In this document: positions 1-12,443 of the stretch, piece after piece | Layout: every line of letters starts with the position of its first letter | Position numbering within the stretch: position 1 is the stretch's first letter | Source of the DNA: Marsupella aquatica | Taxonomy: Eukaryota; Plantae; Marchantiophyta | Direction: 5' to 3' | DNA length: 64,000 nt | NCBI GenBank assembly: GCA_973895155.1 | Contig: OZ316892.1 | Coordinates: 16,916,357-16,980,356, forward strand | Program-made: the position numbers and the translations under genes | Notes under the pieces: model-generated | What the model saw: only the letters and a program-made list of their open reading frames with translations | What the model was told of the DNA's origin: nothing | Databases searched by the model: none

Positions 1-3000
1 CAGACTCACTTGAGCACCAAGCATGGCCAAAAACTCCCTGTTGATTTGTTGGAGCCAGGCCTGACTTGGTTGAGTTCAAAACTCAACACCTCTCGTCCCG
101 CCAAGAAACCACGGAAATGCAGCAGCAGCAGTGGTAAGAAGATGGAAGGTGCGTCATGGATTCGATTGCGGTCGACTGCCAAGCTAAGATGGCAAATGAC
201 GAAGCAGCGCAAAAAGAATCAACTGAAGGTGGACTATTGTGTTTCAGTTTTGGGGAAGAAGGAGCCATCGGTTCCATTGAAATCGGTGCTTGTTCGTCTC
301 ATTAAGGTCTACCACATTCGTCCGAAGGAGAAGAGTGGCTGGGGCTGCTTGGTAAATGATAGTTTCTTTGAGATGTTACAGGAGCATGTCAACTCTGCTC
401 CTATCACCAATGTTGTGTATCACTGGGCCGAGCATGTGCAGCAATTGCCTGCTCATTTGCCTGTGGATCAAAAGTTGCATGCTTTGCAGGTTGATTGTCG
501 ACTATTACAGGTACTTTTTCCGCTGAGAGATGTCCCTGCCCAGTCTGTCCAACCTTCAGCAGGTGAGGAGAGTAGAGAACTCATTGTTGCAGACGCCTTG
601 GAGTTTTTGAGGAAGAAAAGGGAAAGTCTGTTGTGGAAAGTCGGAGCAAAAGAAATCGATTTTGACCATGCCTATCCAGACTATGTGAAGTGGAAAAAGG
701 AGCAGAAGCATCTATCAATTGCCACAGCCGGTCGGAATTGTGTGAAAGATTACACAGGTGATGGCATGTCACAAGAAGAAGCAGAGGCAGCGGTACGTAA
801 CACAATCATTTTACTTGCCTTTGCATTGTTGTGTATAGTTTGCGCACAATGTTTACACCAGTTTTCATATTGCAGGCTGGAGTTCACGAAGTGTGGGTTG
901 ATACCTCAGATGAGGAGGGGTACGAGCCCACCCCTGACAAGTGGGGATTAGATTATCATGAGTCCTCTGATGAAGAAGACGCAGCAGAGGTATAGTTCCT
1001 CTTCCCCTTCTGCCAATGATTTTTTCTGAATCTGCAGAGTTTGACAACATTGACCGGAATGTCTACAAAACTTCAGGTTCCTTTGAATGACGAAGCTGAA
1101 GCCAAAGAATCAGGGAAGAAAGGAAAGCCACGCAGGAAGCCAAACAAACCCAAGAAGCAGCCTCCACAGAAAATTACGCCTCCTGTTGACACTCAGGAAG
1201 CCGATGAGGTAAAATTTGCACTTCCAATGTAATTATCCCATTTGTATACCGTGATATCAATGTATGCACGAGTGTATGCACGATGGTTTAGTGCTCTTAG
1301 CCCGAGTATTGCTTTTTCAGGTTCCTCCCAACAAAGGAGCCGAAGCCAACCAATCAAAGCGGAAAACAAAAAGAACCAAGAAATCTGTAGAGCCACCACC
1401 GAACGGCAACACCACCCTTCCCGTAGATTCTCAGCAAGCTGACCAGGTAACGTTTACAAATGAAAGTTCTTTGCAACATGTGTAAACAGTGTGGAGAACG
1501 TTTCCTGTTTTATCAACACTGCAAGTTCAAGAGTAGGACATTATGTTGAATACCATGATGTTAATGTATACTCACTGTTTGAATGTGCCTGTACCCCGAG
1601 TACTGCATTTTAGGTTCCTGAATCCCATGAAGGACCTACACCTGAACAACCTGTAGAGCCACCACCGAACGGCAACACCACCCTTCCCGTAGATTCTCAG
1701 CAAGCTGACCAGGTAATGTTTACAGATGAAAGTTCTTTGCAACATCTGTAAATAGTGTGGAGAACGTTTCCTGTTTTATCAACACTGCAAGTTCAAGAGT
1801 AGGACACCAATGTTATGTTGTATACCATGATGTTAATGTATACTTACTATTTGAATGTGCCTGTACTCCGAGTACTGCATTTTAGGTTCCTGAATCCCAT
1901 GAAGGACCTACACCCGAACAATCTATAGAGCCACCACCGAATGGCAACACCACCCTTCCCGTAGATTCTCAGCAAGCTGACCAGGTAACGTTTACAGATG
2001 AAAGTTCTTGGCAACATCTATAAACAGTGTGGAGAACGTTTCCTGTTTTATCAACACTGCAAGTTCAAGAGTAGGACACCAATGTTATGTTGTATACCAT
2101 GATGTTAATGTATACTTACTATTTGAATGTGCCTGTACTCCGAGTACTGCATTTTAGGTTCCTGAATCCCATGAGGGACCTACACCCGAACAATCTAAGA
2201 GGAAATCAAAGAGAACCAAGAAATCTGTACAACCACAGAAGCTCGCGCCTGAGGTAAGCGCGTTTTCAATAGGCCAAGGAGGAACATTCCAGGGTAGACA
2301 GTGGTAAAAATGTATTTTATGTGTACTTATTTGATTTAAACATGCAATCACCTTAGTTTGCAATGACAGGGACCAAAGGAAGGAGAGCAAGCAACGGCAC
2401 CCCCGGAGACAGAAAAAAGTGAACCTAGACGTTCAAAGAGGAAGCAAACAACTGCTCCCACCGAAGAGAAAATTGCCCAAACAAAAAGAAAGACCAGAAC
2501 TAAAACCAAGGTAAGTACAAATCATTGTGTACTATGTGGCCATATTGTATAGGGACTAAACACATGATTCGCTTGATACTGATTTCAGCCTTACAATTGC
2601 AGGATTCATCTAAACAAGTCCAGGATGTCAATGCACAACCAGCACCAGAGGGAGGCAACACTATTGAAACTCAGGGTACTGCCCTTCCACCGAATGTGTC
2701 TGCAATCCCATCAGGAGAGGTGACTGCACCGGTAGGGAGCACACCTTCTGTAATTGACTTTGGTGGCATGATTGATTGGTAAGATGTGTTTCTTTGCTGA
2801 TTGCTTTCATATGTGAATTTGCAAGAGTACCAGAAACCACCTAATGTGCAACCAGACCCATATGCAAGTAGACGTCGGAGAAAATTGACAGATCGTGGGC
2901 CATTGGGCAAGGCGCAAAGTGAATTTGTAATCCCGGGGTCTGTACCACAAGATGTCACTGTGCAGGAGGACGATATTTTGGATTCCTTGCACGCATCACA

Positions 3001-3085
3001 AATTCTCCAAGACTGTAGCCAGGCTGATGTTACCTCTTTTCACAAGGCAATCGATAAAATGATTAATAATGTGGATGAAGTTTAG
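1..3085 (+). CDS. Multi-exon gene of unknown function, probably the accessory gene of the MULE element (5' end outside the window)
   Basis: Frame open to a GT donor at 793, then short in-frame exons with GT..AG borders (876-989, ~1038-1208, 1321-1446, 1614-1712, 1886-1984, 2158-2253, later exons to a stop at 3085). The C-terminal half is acidic and P/K/Q-rich. It converges on a MULE transposase across a tandem-repeat block. No domain recognised. Confidence 0.5.
1385..2197 (+). repeat. Three tandem copies of a ~270-bp exon+intron unit
   Basis: CT(G/A)TAGAGCCACCACCGAA recurs at 1385, 1651 and 1923. The introns are near-identical. The 99-bp phase-0 exons 1614-1712 and 1886-1984 encode VPESHEGPTPEQ(P/S)(V/I)EPPPNGNTTLPVDSQQADQ. 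Confidence 0.9.
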
Positions 3086-3279
3086 GGTACAATTAGCAAT
3101 ATCCGAGGGATAGTCTAGGGTACCTACCCTGTTTTGTCACCAATGTGTTCATGATAATAAATATGAAATGTTCCTGCATTTCTTGCTCTCTTTCAAGACT
3201 ATATAACATGATCTGTTCCAAAAATGGTCATAGTAGATCTGTGTCTGGGATACAATATTTATGTTGTATTCACATTTTC

Positions 3280-3915
3280 TCTGACTTTACGACGAAGACG
3301 CCCCACTGTTGAATCCTTCCCACTGACTAAGACGCCCCCCGCCGAAGCCCAAATGGACAAAACCTACGGAATTTGAACACAAAAAACCCTTTTTCATGTA
3401 TACGATTTGGACGTTGTATTCAGATTTCACACTTGGAAAAAAATTTGTCCCTCCGACTTTACGAACACGCCCTCCGCCGAAGCCTGCCCAAATGGACAAA
3501 ACCTACGGAATTTGAACACAGAAAACCCTTTTTCATGTATACACTTTGGACATTGTATTCAGATTTCACACTTGGAAAAAAAAAATTGTCCCTCCGACTT
3601 TACGAACACGCCCTCCGCCGAAGCCTGCCCAAATGGACAAAACCTATGGAGTCTCAACATAGAAAACCCTTTTTCATGTATACACTTTGGACATTGTATT
3701 CAGATTTCACACTTGGAAAAAAAATTTGTCCCTCCGACTTTACGAACACGCCCTCCACTGAAACCTGCCCAAATGGACAAAACCTATGGAGTTTCAACAT
3801 AGAAATACATTTTTCATGTATACACTTTGCACGTTGTATTCATAATTCACAGTTACAAAAAAAATCATTCACTTGAACTTTACAAAGATAGTCGGGCCTA
3901 AATGGACAAAAGCAT
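3280..3915. repeat. ~140-bp tandem repeat (about 4 copies) between the convergent MULE genes
   Basis: CTCCGACTTTACGAACACGCCCTCC at 3451, 3592 and 3732, with degenerate units on both sides. Confidence 0.9.
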
Positions 3916-4138
3916 GCCATATTCAACACTTTAATAATCATACAGCACATGCACCATGGAAGGCGTACTCGGACCTAACAATTGCAAATAAAAGGCTTCA
4001 CTCTTCATTGGATGGAATACAACATCCACTTTGTAACAATTTGAACTCATTCAAGGTAGTGTTTAGGTCCATGCACAAATGTGCCCTACTACCATCTAAC
4101 TTCCCAATATAGTGAATAGTAGACTGTGATGTATATGT

Positions 4139-7100
4139 CTATTTTGTGATATCTACTTCATGAGGTAGCCCAAAATAAGGGCAATTATCAGTAGCTTCTT
4201 CAGCAAGTTCAGTGATGCGCCGTGCCCACTCATAATCCAAGGAGTTTTGAATGCGTGGATTGGAAGGCATAGTACCACTGCCTATTGTTGGTGCTCCAAC
4301 GGTGACAAGCCACTCACTTTCTCCAGCATTGTTCACTTTGTCATGCTCTTCCCCTTCCACCTGCGCATTACAATAACACTAGAATAAGTAAACAAATTCT
4401 TATGAAACTAGGACTTTTATATGGACCTTCTCTGTCTTGCAACATTATAACATTTGGTACCTGCTCATCATCTTCAGTTGCTTGGGCAACTGAAACTTCT
4501 TTGCAAGATCGTTTGTTGTGGCCAACCTTTCCGCACCTGCTGCACGTACACTTTACATTACCCCGCTTCCTTTTCTTAGGTAGGATCTCAACCATTGGGA
4601 GGCCACTCGCAGAGTTTACACTTGGAAACGGAATGCCTCTCTCATTGTCATCATCCATTGGATATCTGAGACACGGCCTTCCTGTTGGATCAAGATGGAG
4701 GTCCTCCCCATTCCCTAAAGCCCTGGAACGAGTTTCCCCATGAATTCTTACCATTCTATGTCGCCCATTCACTATAGCAGGCTCTGGAGCATGACAACTT
4801 AAGCTCAATGGAAGGTGAGTGGAAACAAAGCTAGGTAATACACCATCATAAAGTAAAACCAAAGACTGTGTCCGCCAGCTTTTATGAAAATGCCTCGCCG
4901 GATTCTATCCTGTTACATCATCCCATGCCAGCATATGTTGGCATGGCCAAACCATCTCCTGCAGCTCCATGCAAGTGCACTTTGGTTTTGGTGACAAAGT
5001 GACAAGATACTCCTCACTCCCTGTTGTAGTCTGAATTTTGGCACTGGATTGACCATCACTGAATACCTGTAGCATGACAGTATGAAATATGAAGTGTGAA
5101 ACAATCCATCCTCCACATGTGGTGAAAATGTTCGTTACAAAAGGAAAAGAAAGAGCCAATTTGCACCTGGAATTGTTGGAAGTTTTGCAAGTTGGTATTG
5201 TATCGTAGTTGTGTTGGTTTTGACAGTGGTTCTTGTCTGCATGCAACCTCTATTCTCCTGTCTTTAAACTTTTGTTGAATGTACACCCAAAGAGCCACCA
5301 ACAACTTTCCAGGTGCTAGCAGACGGAATGGTAATAATCCAGAATTTGCTTGCTTGGCTGGATTACTTGTGACCTTACCCATGCGAGGGAGTGGGAATGC
5401 ATGCCTGGCATAACATTTCACATCCAGACCGCGGATGTAATGTGCTGCATCAACTCCCTTGCCGACTATCAATGAACCAGACAGTCGATCTAGCACAGAC
5501 TCATATCTGAATTGAAAGAGACAGAATACATGAGTGACAATGTTTACAGAGACAGAATACATCAAGCACAATGTCAAAATATATAGAATACATCAAGCAC
5601 AATGTCTCAATAGGCAAATTGCTTTCATATTGGTCCTAGTGAGTGTATTTACTTACTGGTGCACATCATTGGCATAGACACATCCGTAGAAGAATTCACT
5701 TGTTGTTCTACCATGCCTAGTCTTCGCATTTGCCCTCAAATGATTTGCGCACTGTGCATGGATCTTTCCTACTGTCCAAAAATAATAAATTAGATTTTGT
5801 ACACCAGTTAGCACAGTATCATCATAACTCTCAAATTTGACAGAATTAAGCAATCTAAGTGTGGAAGGGTGTTACCTGGCCAAATCTGACTTACATCAGC
5901 AATGAGACCCTTTTGACGATCTGACATGATGACAATGTCTTGACTACCAATGCCATATACAGCTCTGTCCATTAATTCTAGAAACCAAAGCCAGTTCTCT
6001 GTGTTTTCAACTGGTGCTACTCCATAGCAAAGTATGACACCGTTTGAGTTCCCATCCAGGCATGTAGCTAAAAATAGTTGAGTTGGATATTTTCTATTCT
6101 TGGTGTGACAAGCATCTAAACTAACCATCGGCTGAGTATAGTTAAGTGCTTTCCTGGTGGTAGATGGACATATGAATGCTCTGCAAAAAATGGTGGAGTC
6201 CTCCATAGTGCACCAATGTGCAACACAGCCAGGGTCTGTCTCTCGAATCCTGTCAATCAATGCTGGGATCATCTGAAAAGATGATTTCTGTGAGCCAGCG
6301 GTCCAATGCCCTACAAGATCTTTGCCCCGCCACATTTGCTGGTAGTTACTTCCTCGCTTGTAGTCACCTTGGAAACCAGACAGCAATTCCTTCACAGGCA
6401 TTTTCAGATTTCTGATGATTCTTGGAGCCAATGTTACCCCCAACCATGCAGACTTGTGAGTAGGAGCTCTCCACTTGTGAATGTGAGCAGCACAAGTATG
6501 TGTTAGTTCACATACAGTGATAATATGACCCCACCCTTCACTCTACTGCAACGTACTCTGAAAGGACATTCCTCCTCTGAGTAAAGCAAGTCTTCTGGTC
6601 CTGGTTTAGAGGGTTTAGATCTGGACAACTGTCCACAAGCTCTAGTTGCAGATGGCTTCCTAGTTTTCTGTTGACCAGGTTTACGTGGGTGTTGCGAACC
6701 AGGTAACCAAACGCTAGTGTGTTGGACTATGGACTTTGGTTTGTTGTGCACAACTCTTCCTTGTGTAGACAAAACAGTATTGTTGTGCACAGTTTGTTGT
6801 ACAGATATAGGTGCATTTTGGTGCACGGATTGTTGTGTAGACAATGACACATTTGTCTGCATGGTGTTTGCTTGAATGGCTGAAAGCGGTGCACGAGGTT
6901 GCTGACGAGCAAGAGTGATCTGATTAATGGCATTATGAAATTGACGATCTTCAATCTGCAAAACCCCATGATTGTACACACCAAGAATTTGAGCAAGTGA
7001 TTGTAGGATGTCCCAAAATAAAAAAAGGTGTGGCATTGGTGGCAGTGGCAGCGGCAGCACACACCTCTGCTTGACTGCGATATCTATTCTCTTGTTGTGT

Positions 7101-7481
7101 AGTTTGCTGCAATGTCTGAGACCTTGGTCCTTTCGATCGTCTTCCACTCCAATGGCCATATCTGCTATGAAACTCATGCTCACCTTCTAACTCTTCATCC
7201 TCTTCCTCAAATTGAAGCTGCCACTAGTTTGGTTCCTCCGTAGCATGTGAACCAATGCTATCATTGTCACCATGGTCATCACAAGCTGCCTCATCATCGA
7301 CTACCTGTTTCGATCTAGCAATCTTTCCAAACCTGCATACACGAATACATCGATTTTCAAACGTCTTGTATCTGGACATGGCTCGACCATTCATCACAGC
7401 TAGAGAATCTAGGCACCGATCAAACTCTTCAAAGCTATTGAAGTGCTCTCCCAACTTGATTCGAGCAGCCTCTGCTGCCAC
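4139..7481 (-). pseudogene. MuDR/MULE (mudrA-like) transposase, spliced and decayed
   Basis: N-terminal MuDR-type segment (LGEHFNSFEEF...CPFRVRCS), MULE DDE core (VSLDACH, LFLATCLDGNSN, IMSDRQKGL, HAQCANHL), TSNPAK where TSNxAE is expected (catalytic E lost), SWIM finger CTCMELQEMVWPCQH and zinc knuckle CSRCGKVGHNKRSC. Frame breaks near 6500. Confidence 0.85.
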
Positions 7482-10449
7482 GTAACAGAGGAAGACATGT
7501 CATCACGTTAATATGTATACAATGACATCAATGTTCATGTGCGGAAGCTACATGCCTGGATGGGAACTCAAACGGTGTCATACTTTCAAATCACATTGGA
7601 CTGACACACATTGTATGAAAATAAGAAATGTCCAGACAATCTGATGGCACCTTCTTCAGCAGTTTGCCATCCAATATCCTCGGGGGGTTCTCAACATTCT
7701 TTTGAGCCCTCTGATGTTCTTGTGTGTCTTGCGTTCGTGCCCTCTCATGATAGGGGACATTGACTTCCCAAACATCACCTTTGGTCCACAAATGCATTGA
7801 GTCATTGTCCTCCATGCCTGACATTGTCCCTCTAAGCGTACTGTACACATTAGGGGAGTGGAAACACTCACGACCCTGCCGTGCGAGCTCACGCGCAAAG
7901 CATGTGCACAAAAAAAGTACCGTGTGAAATGATAGGAACGTGCAAAAGTTCTGTAACATGTCAGTGATTTGGCGGGTCATCCTCTGAAAACATTATCCAC
8001 CCTGTATTCTATTCAAGATATAAGCATGTTTAGCTTTTCCGTGCCTAAGCCAACGATTACTCCAAACCCTAATTTGTTTAACTATATATAATCTAATACA
8101 TTTTTTTATACATGGCTGTAAATGTCTACACTGCTTTGTATATGTTGTGGTTGCACTATGCTTGGTTCATCCAACATTGTGGTCATTGTATACAGTGATG
8201 TCAATGTATACATGATCTAACTATGAGGCTCTATTTCATTGTGCGGCCGCACAACATAAGGTTTGTTTGACATCACGGTTTATGTTTGTACGCATTGTTG
8301 TCAATGTCTACATTGCGGGATACATTGATTCACTCGGAACTGCGATCGTAGTTGACCGCATTCGGCGATGCGGTCGGACACTGAAGAACAGTAGAACATG
8401 TTGCATTTTACAGTGACAATCTCGCGTTATAAGAACTGCAAAATGTGTTAGAAGAACATATCACACGAAGTGGTACCTTAGGGTTTAGGTCCACTGGGAG
8501 GGCGTGGAAAACTTTTGGTCCATTAAGAGAGAAAGTTGCATTTGGAGGTCCACTAAGTATATCTTTTTGATAAACATTTATAAATTTGTCATTTAGCAAA
8601 ATGATTTTAGCATTGTAGTCCTGCGTGCGCTTATAAAGAAGACATAAAAAAAATGTTTATTCCATGTAAAAAAATGGGAAAAACAAGATGACATGCACTA
8701 ATCAAAGATAAAATGCTTATAGAGTGAGCACTTAATGAGAGTTGACTATGTTTCTATGATAGCGGAATCGTTGAAGGTGTTGCATTGACACCGTTGACCG
8801 TGGCCCCACCGTTCGCAGCAATTTATTGTCACGTTGTGGGTGGTGATGGACCGACACTGGCACACTGCGACAACCTCACAACCACCTATCCAGGTTCATT
8901 TTCCCGTATGGTAGGCTTTCAATAAATTTCTCAAACGGTCCGCACGGAGCTTGTGACATCGTTGACCCTTACAGAAGGGGATTCTGGAGATTTCTTTCGG
9001 TGGGAGTCATTTAATCTAGACGCTTGACGGCCAAGATCTCCTGTCCTGAGATGCCACGGAATCTGTAACCGTCGATCTCCCGTTGGCAACCCGGTTGGTT
9101 GGGTGGGTCGGTCTCTCATTATTACGTAAACAACAGTCCGGAGTTGGATCCCGGTGAACTTTCAGGCTGGCATTGTGGCATGATGATACCGGTGAGGTTT
9201 CATAATGGTGCACCAGTCAAACCGAACCTACCTTAGTAGCTTCCGACTTTGCGCCATCATGAGTGGCTCTCCCTGCCTTCCCGGTACTGTAGTCACTGGA
9301 TTTCTGTCAATATCGGAGTTTTAGTGAATAAACTTCCTTTTTCAAAACTAACTGCTCGGATGGACCACTCTCGTGAACCTTGAAACCTGGATGGACTTTG
9401 ATTACAGGTGAACAAAATATATAAATTTTCAAACAAATGTGCTCTTTGAGAACAGGAAAGAAAGTTTTTTAGTCCATTTGGATTGTGCTCGTCCAGTAGT
9501 GCATTTTGTCCAAGTCCAGGTTCATGTGGCTTCAGTTTATTTTTTCGTGTAAATTAAGGTTGGAGGAGTACGATTTAACTATAAAATGCAGTTTTCTTCA
9601 GAGTTTTACCAGACTTTTAGGTTGTTGCGTGGTAGGCTTTAGCTCATTTACAGTAAGGAACTAGTAGGCTTTTTGGCTCTGGTTCATCCTGGGTTTGTCA
9701 CTTGTCTTCCTCCCAAATCTAAAGCCCAGATGGACCTCCACTTTGACTATGAAGCCCAGATGGAGCAGCAAAGTTTAGATGGAATTGCTCAGAACATCTA
9801 AACTGACTCACATAACACTCTTTACATTTTTGACTGAAATGTGACCTGTAAATTGTCTCCTTAACATTTGCAGTCAGTTTCAATCACACAATGGAACTGG
9901 TTCCTTTGGAAACTTGATGACTTGACAAACTTGAGCCTGAAAGACGTCAAGTCGTCATGCCATTACTCAGGAGAACCATGCCCATTTTAACTACTTTCTC
10001 CCCAAGGTAGTCAAAGTCGTCAATTGTGATTCACAACCCGTTCCTCTTTATTTTCTGTGTAAAAGTGACAATTGCTTTACACAGTCCATGGGGATGGGCA
10101 GGGACAATGTCTCGGTCCATCCACACTTTTGTTTCTGTTCCTCCCATTACTTGGTCTCTTGCATTTAGGTTTCCTATCTCCCAATTTGGTAATTTTTGTT
10201 CTTTAAAAATATATATATTTACCTCCTTACCTCTAGTCTAGGATTGGACGTGACCTCCATCTCCTTCTATTTTAAGTTCTCCTAATAGGTGTCTTTTGTT
10301 CGTAGTTGAGATTTTACAGAATGGATGTGATTGAATGTGCACTTGTTGCTTTGCAATGATGAGAGCATTTTGGAGAGACAGATCACTCACATCAAAAGCC
10401 TTCACTGGTGTCATTGAACTCATACAAGATGATGGTGACATTAGCTGTT

Positions 10450-10965
10450 AGCAAATTGGCATTCTTTTAGCATGCTCACCATCAAACACAAGATTGTTGC
10501 CAAACTTCTGGCCAACAGGTTAAAAAAGGTAATACCCAAGCTAGTTGCTCCTCAACAGCCTGACATTATTATTGGTAGAAGCATCATGGATAAGGTTTTA
10601 GCTTTCAAGGTGGGGCAAGAATACACGAACATAAACAACGTGTTATTTTTTGAAACTTGATTCTGCCAAAGCGCACAACAGAGTGGACCACACTTTCCTT
10701 TGGGAACCCATGATGCAAATGAATTTTATTTGGAATATATTTCTGAAATTCAAGGTCTAGTTCTCAATGCTGCTTCCAAGGTCCACGGCAACAGGGGCTT
10801 AGCAAGGAGATATTTCTGGAATGTGGGGCAAGGCAAGGGTTCCCAACAGCATCTGTGTTGTTTGCTTTCAGCCTCCCAACCACTGATGGCATGTTTGGAA
10901 AAGGTAATACCAGAGCTAGTGAAAAAGCATGATGAGAAAGTAATACCAAAACTAGTTGCACCTCA
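10450..10965 (+). mobile_element. LINE (L1-type) reverse-transcriptase fragment
   Basis: KIVAKLLANRLKKVIPKLVAPQQ..IIGRSIMD, followed after a frameshift by LKLDSAKAHNRVDH. Homologous to the RT segment at ~59960-60190. Confidence 0.75.
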
Positions 10966-11823
10966 ATACACTAAGTTCAGGAGCCAAAAGCGGAGTCCCA
11001 AATTGGATTTTTCCAAAAATGAGACAAAAAGTCAAGATATTTGAAACCAAGTTTTGGCTAGTCAAGGAGTAAGTCTGCTAGGGAAGTTGTGTGTGTTTCA
11101 GGTTTTTTCTTCCGATGAGAAAACAATATAGTATTTAGAGGATTTTTTCCTGGCTAATGGATTTTTTCCTGTTTGCTCACATGCTACAACTACCTGGCAG
11201 GCTGACTGTGGCATCATTTCAGGGTATGTGGTGAAGTGGCAGGTTTGCTTGTTGCATCTTTTCATGTCCGGGTTAGGTGGGTGGACCAGGTCAAATCTCG
11301 GCATTAGGTTGATTCTTGGTGTTCTTTGGGGCCGTGAGGTTTGGGCACTGTGATGCTTCATTGATATGTGCCTTTGACTTTGGGCTTTGCTTGCAAGTTT
11401 CTGCCAGGGCCTTTATTTGAAATTTATTGCACACTGTCCCTTTTCAAAATAAATAAATAAATAGTACCTTTTGCTCAATTTATGGGTTAGTTATGATTAT
11501 GCTGCCACAAATAAATGGTCAGAAGCACACCCTTAGAGTGTGGATCAGTACAAGTGTGTTAATCTAATGTATTAGCCCAACACACATGAGTTTGGAAAAT
11601 ATTGTTGATAAGAAGTGATGTTGAGCCAAAGTGTTCTTGAACATAAGTGAGGTGGTCAAGGAATCGGAGAGTTGGCCTGGGAAGTGGATTTGAGGAGTGT
11701 ACAAGTTGTAAGGAGAGTGATGGGTTGGCATAAATGGTCAATCCCATGGTGAGGAAAACATGTCACCATAATCCAATGGCCAGGGAACCTCCCGCTAGAA
11801 AGACAATTGTAAACAAACGATAA

Positions 11824-12090
11824 TGTTAGGTATTTACTCTTAGGTCTAGAGTTATTTTGTAATTGCAGTTAGTCAAGCTATAGTCAGGTGCTTAGTTACG
11901 ATTAGATGTGCAGTTACTATTTACACTAGCAGGACTTAGCTAGTGGGTGAAACTTAGGCTCATTGTTGGAGCCAGTTGGGAGATAGGATGAGCTTAGTCT
12001 ATGGATACTCGGTATGGTTGATGGGCTTTAAGTTCTACAAAGCTCTCTTATGCATTCTGGAGAATGCGAGCAAGAAAAATCCTCCTCCAC
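11824..12090 (+). mobile_element. LTR-like fragment, inverted relative to the adjacent solo LTR
   Basis: TGTTAGGTATTTACTCTTAGGTCTAGAGTTA is nearly the reverse complement of 12414-12443. Confidence 0.5.
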
Positions 12091-12095
12091 CTTTT

Positions 12096-12443
12096 TGTTG
12101 AGCATACTTAGACTACAATCGCAACGGCAAGCCCATGAACCATCCAATGCACAAGTATAGACACCGGGAGTACGTGGTTCACCTCCACATGAGGCTACGT
12201 CCACGGGAACACACAAGAGCTTTATTGCACTCTAGGCCGACTTGCCATACCAAACATCCACAACACAAGCTCTGTCTATCTCTCAGCTGGCTCCATAACA
12301 ATGAGCCAGAGTTCCTCCTATCCAAACAAACACCGTCTGGGTACACTGTGTGCACAACGTGACTAACCTAACCTAGTCTGCGACTAAGGTTAGCCCTAAC
12401 TGCAGTACAGTCGTAACTCTAAACCTAAGAGTAAATCCTAACA
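12096..12443 (-). mobile_element. Solo LTR (348 bp)
   Basis: TGTT...AACA termini with a 5-bp TSD CTTTT at 12091-12095 and 12444-12448. The internal TACGTGGTTC...GGCTACGTCCACGGGAA motif is shared with 51362-51399. Confidence 0.8.

Larger units (their letters stand above)
1..9790. mobile_element. MuDR-like element, left end outside the window; right end tentative
   Basis: Transposase, convergent second gene and intergenic repeats match the MuDR layout. The reverse complement from 9790 begins GAGCAATTCCA and has 30-bp-spaced AAGCCCAGATGGA repeats (9722, 9752), similar in style to the MULE TIR at 39665. The TSD cannot be checked. Confidence 0.45.

Noticed and set aside
3280-3915. CRISPR-like array
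   Set aside because: Whole 140-bp units repeat with no unique spacers, no cas genes are present and the context is a eukaryotic TE. The same applies to 29845-30281.
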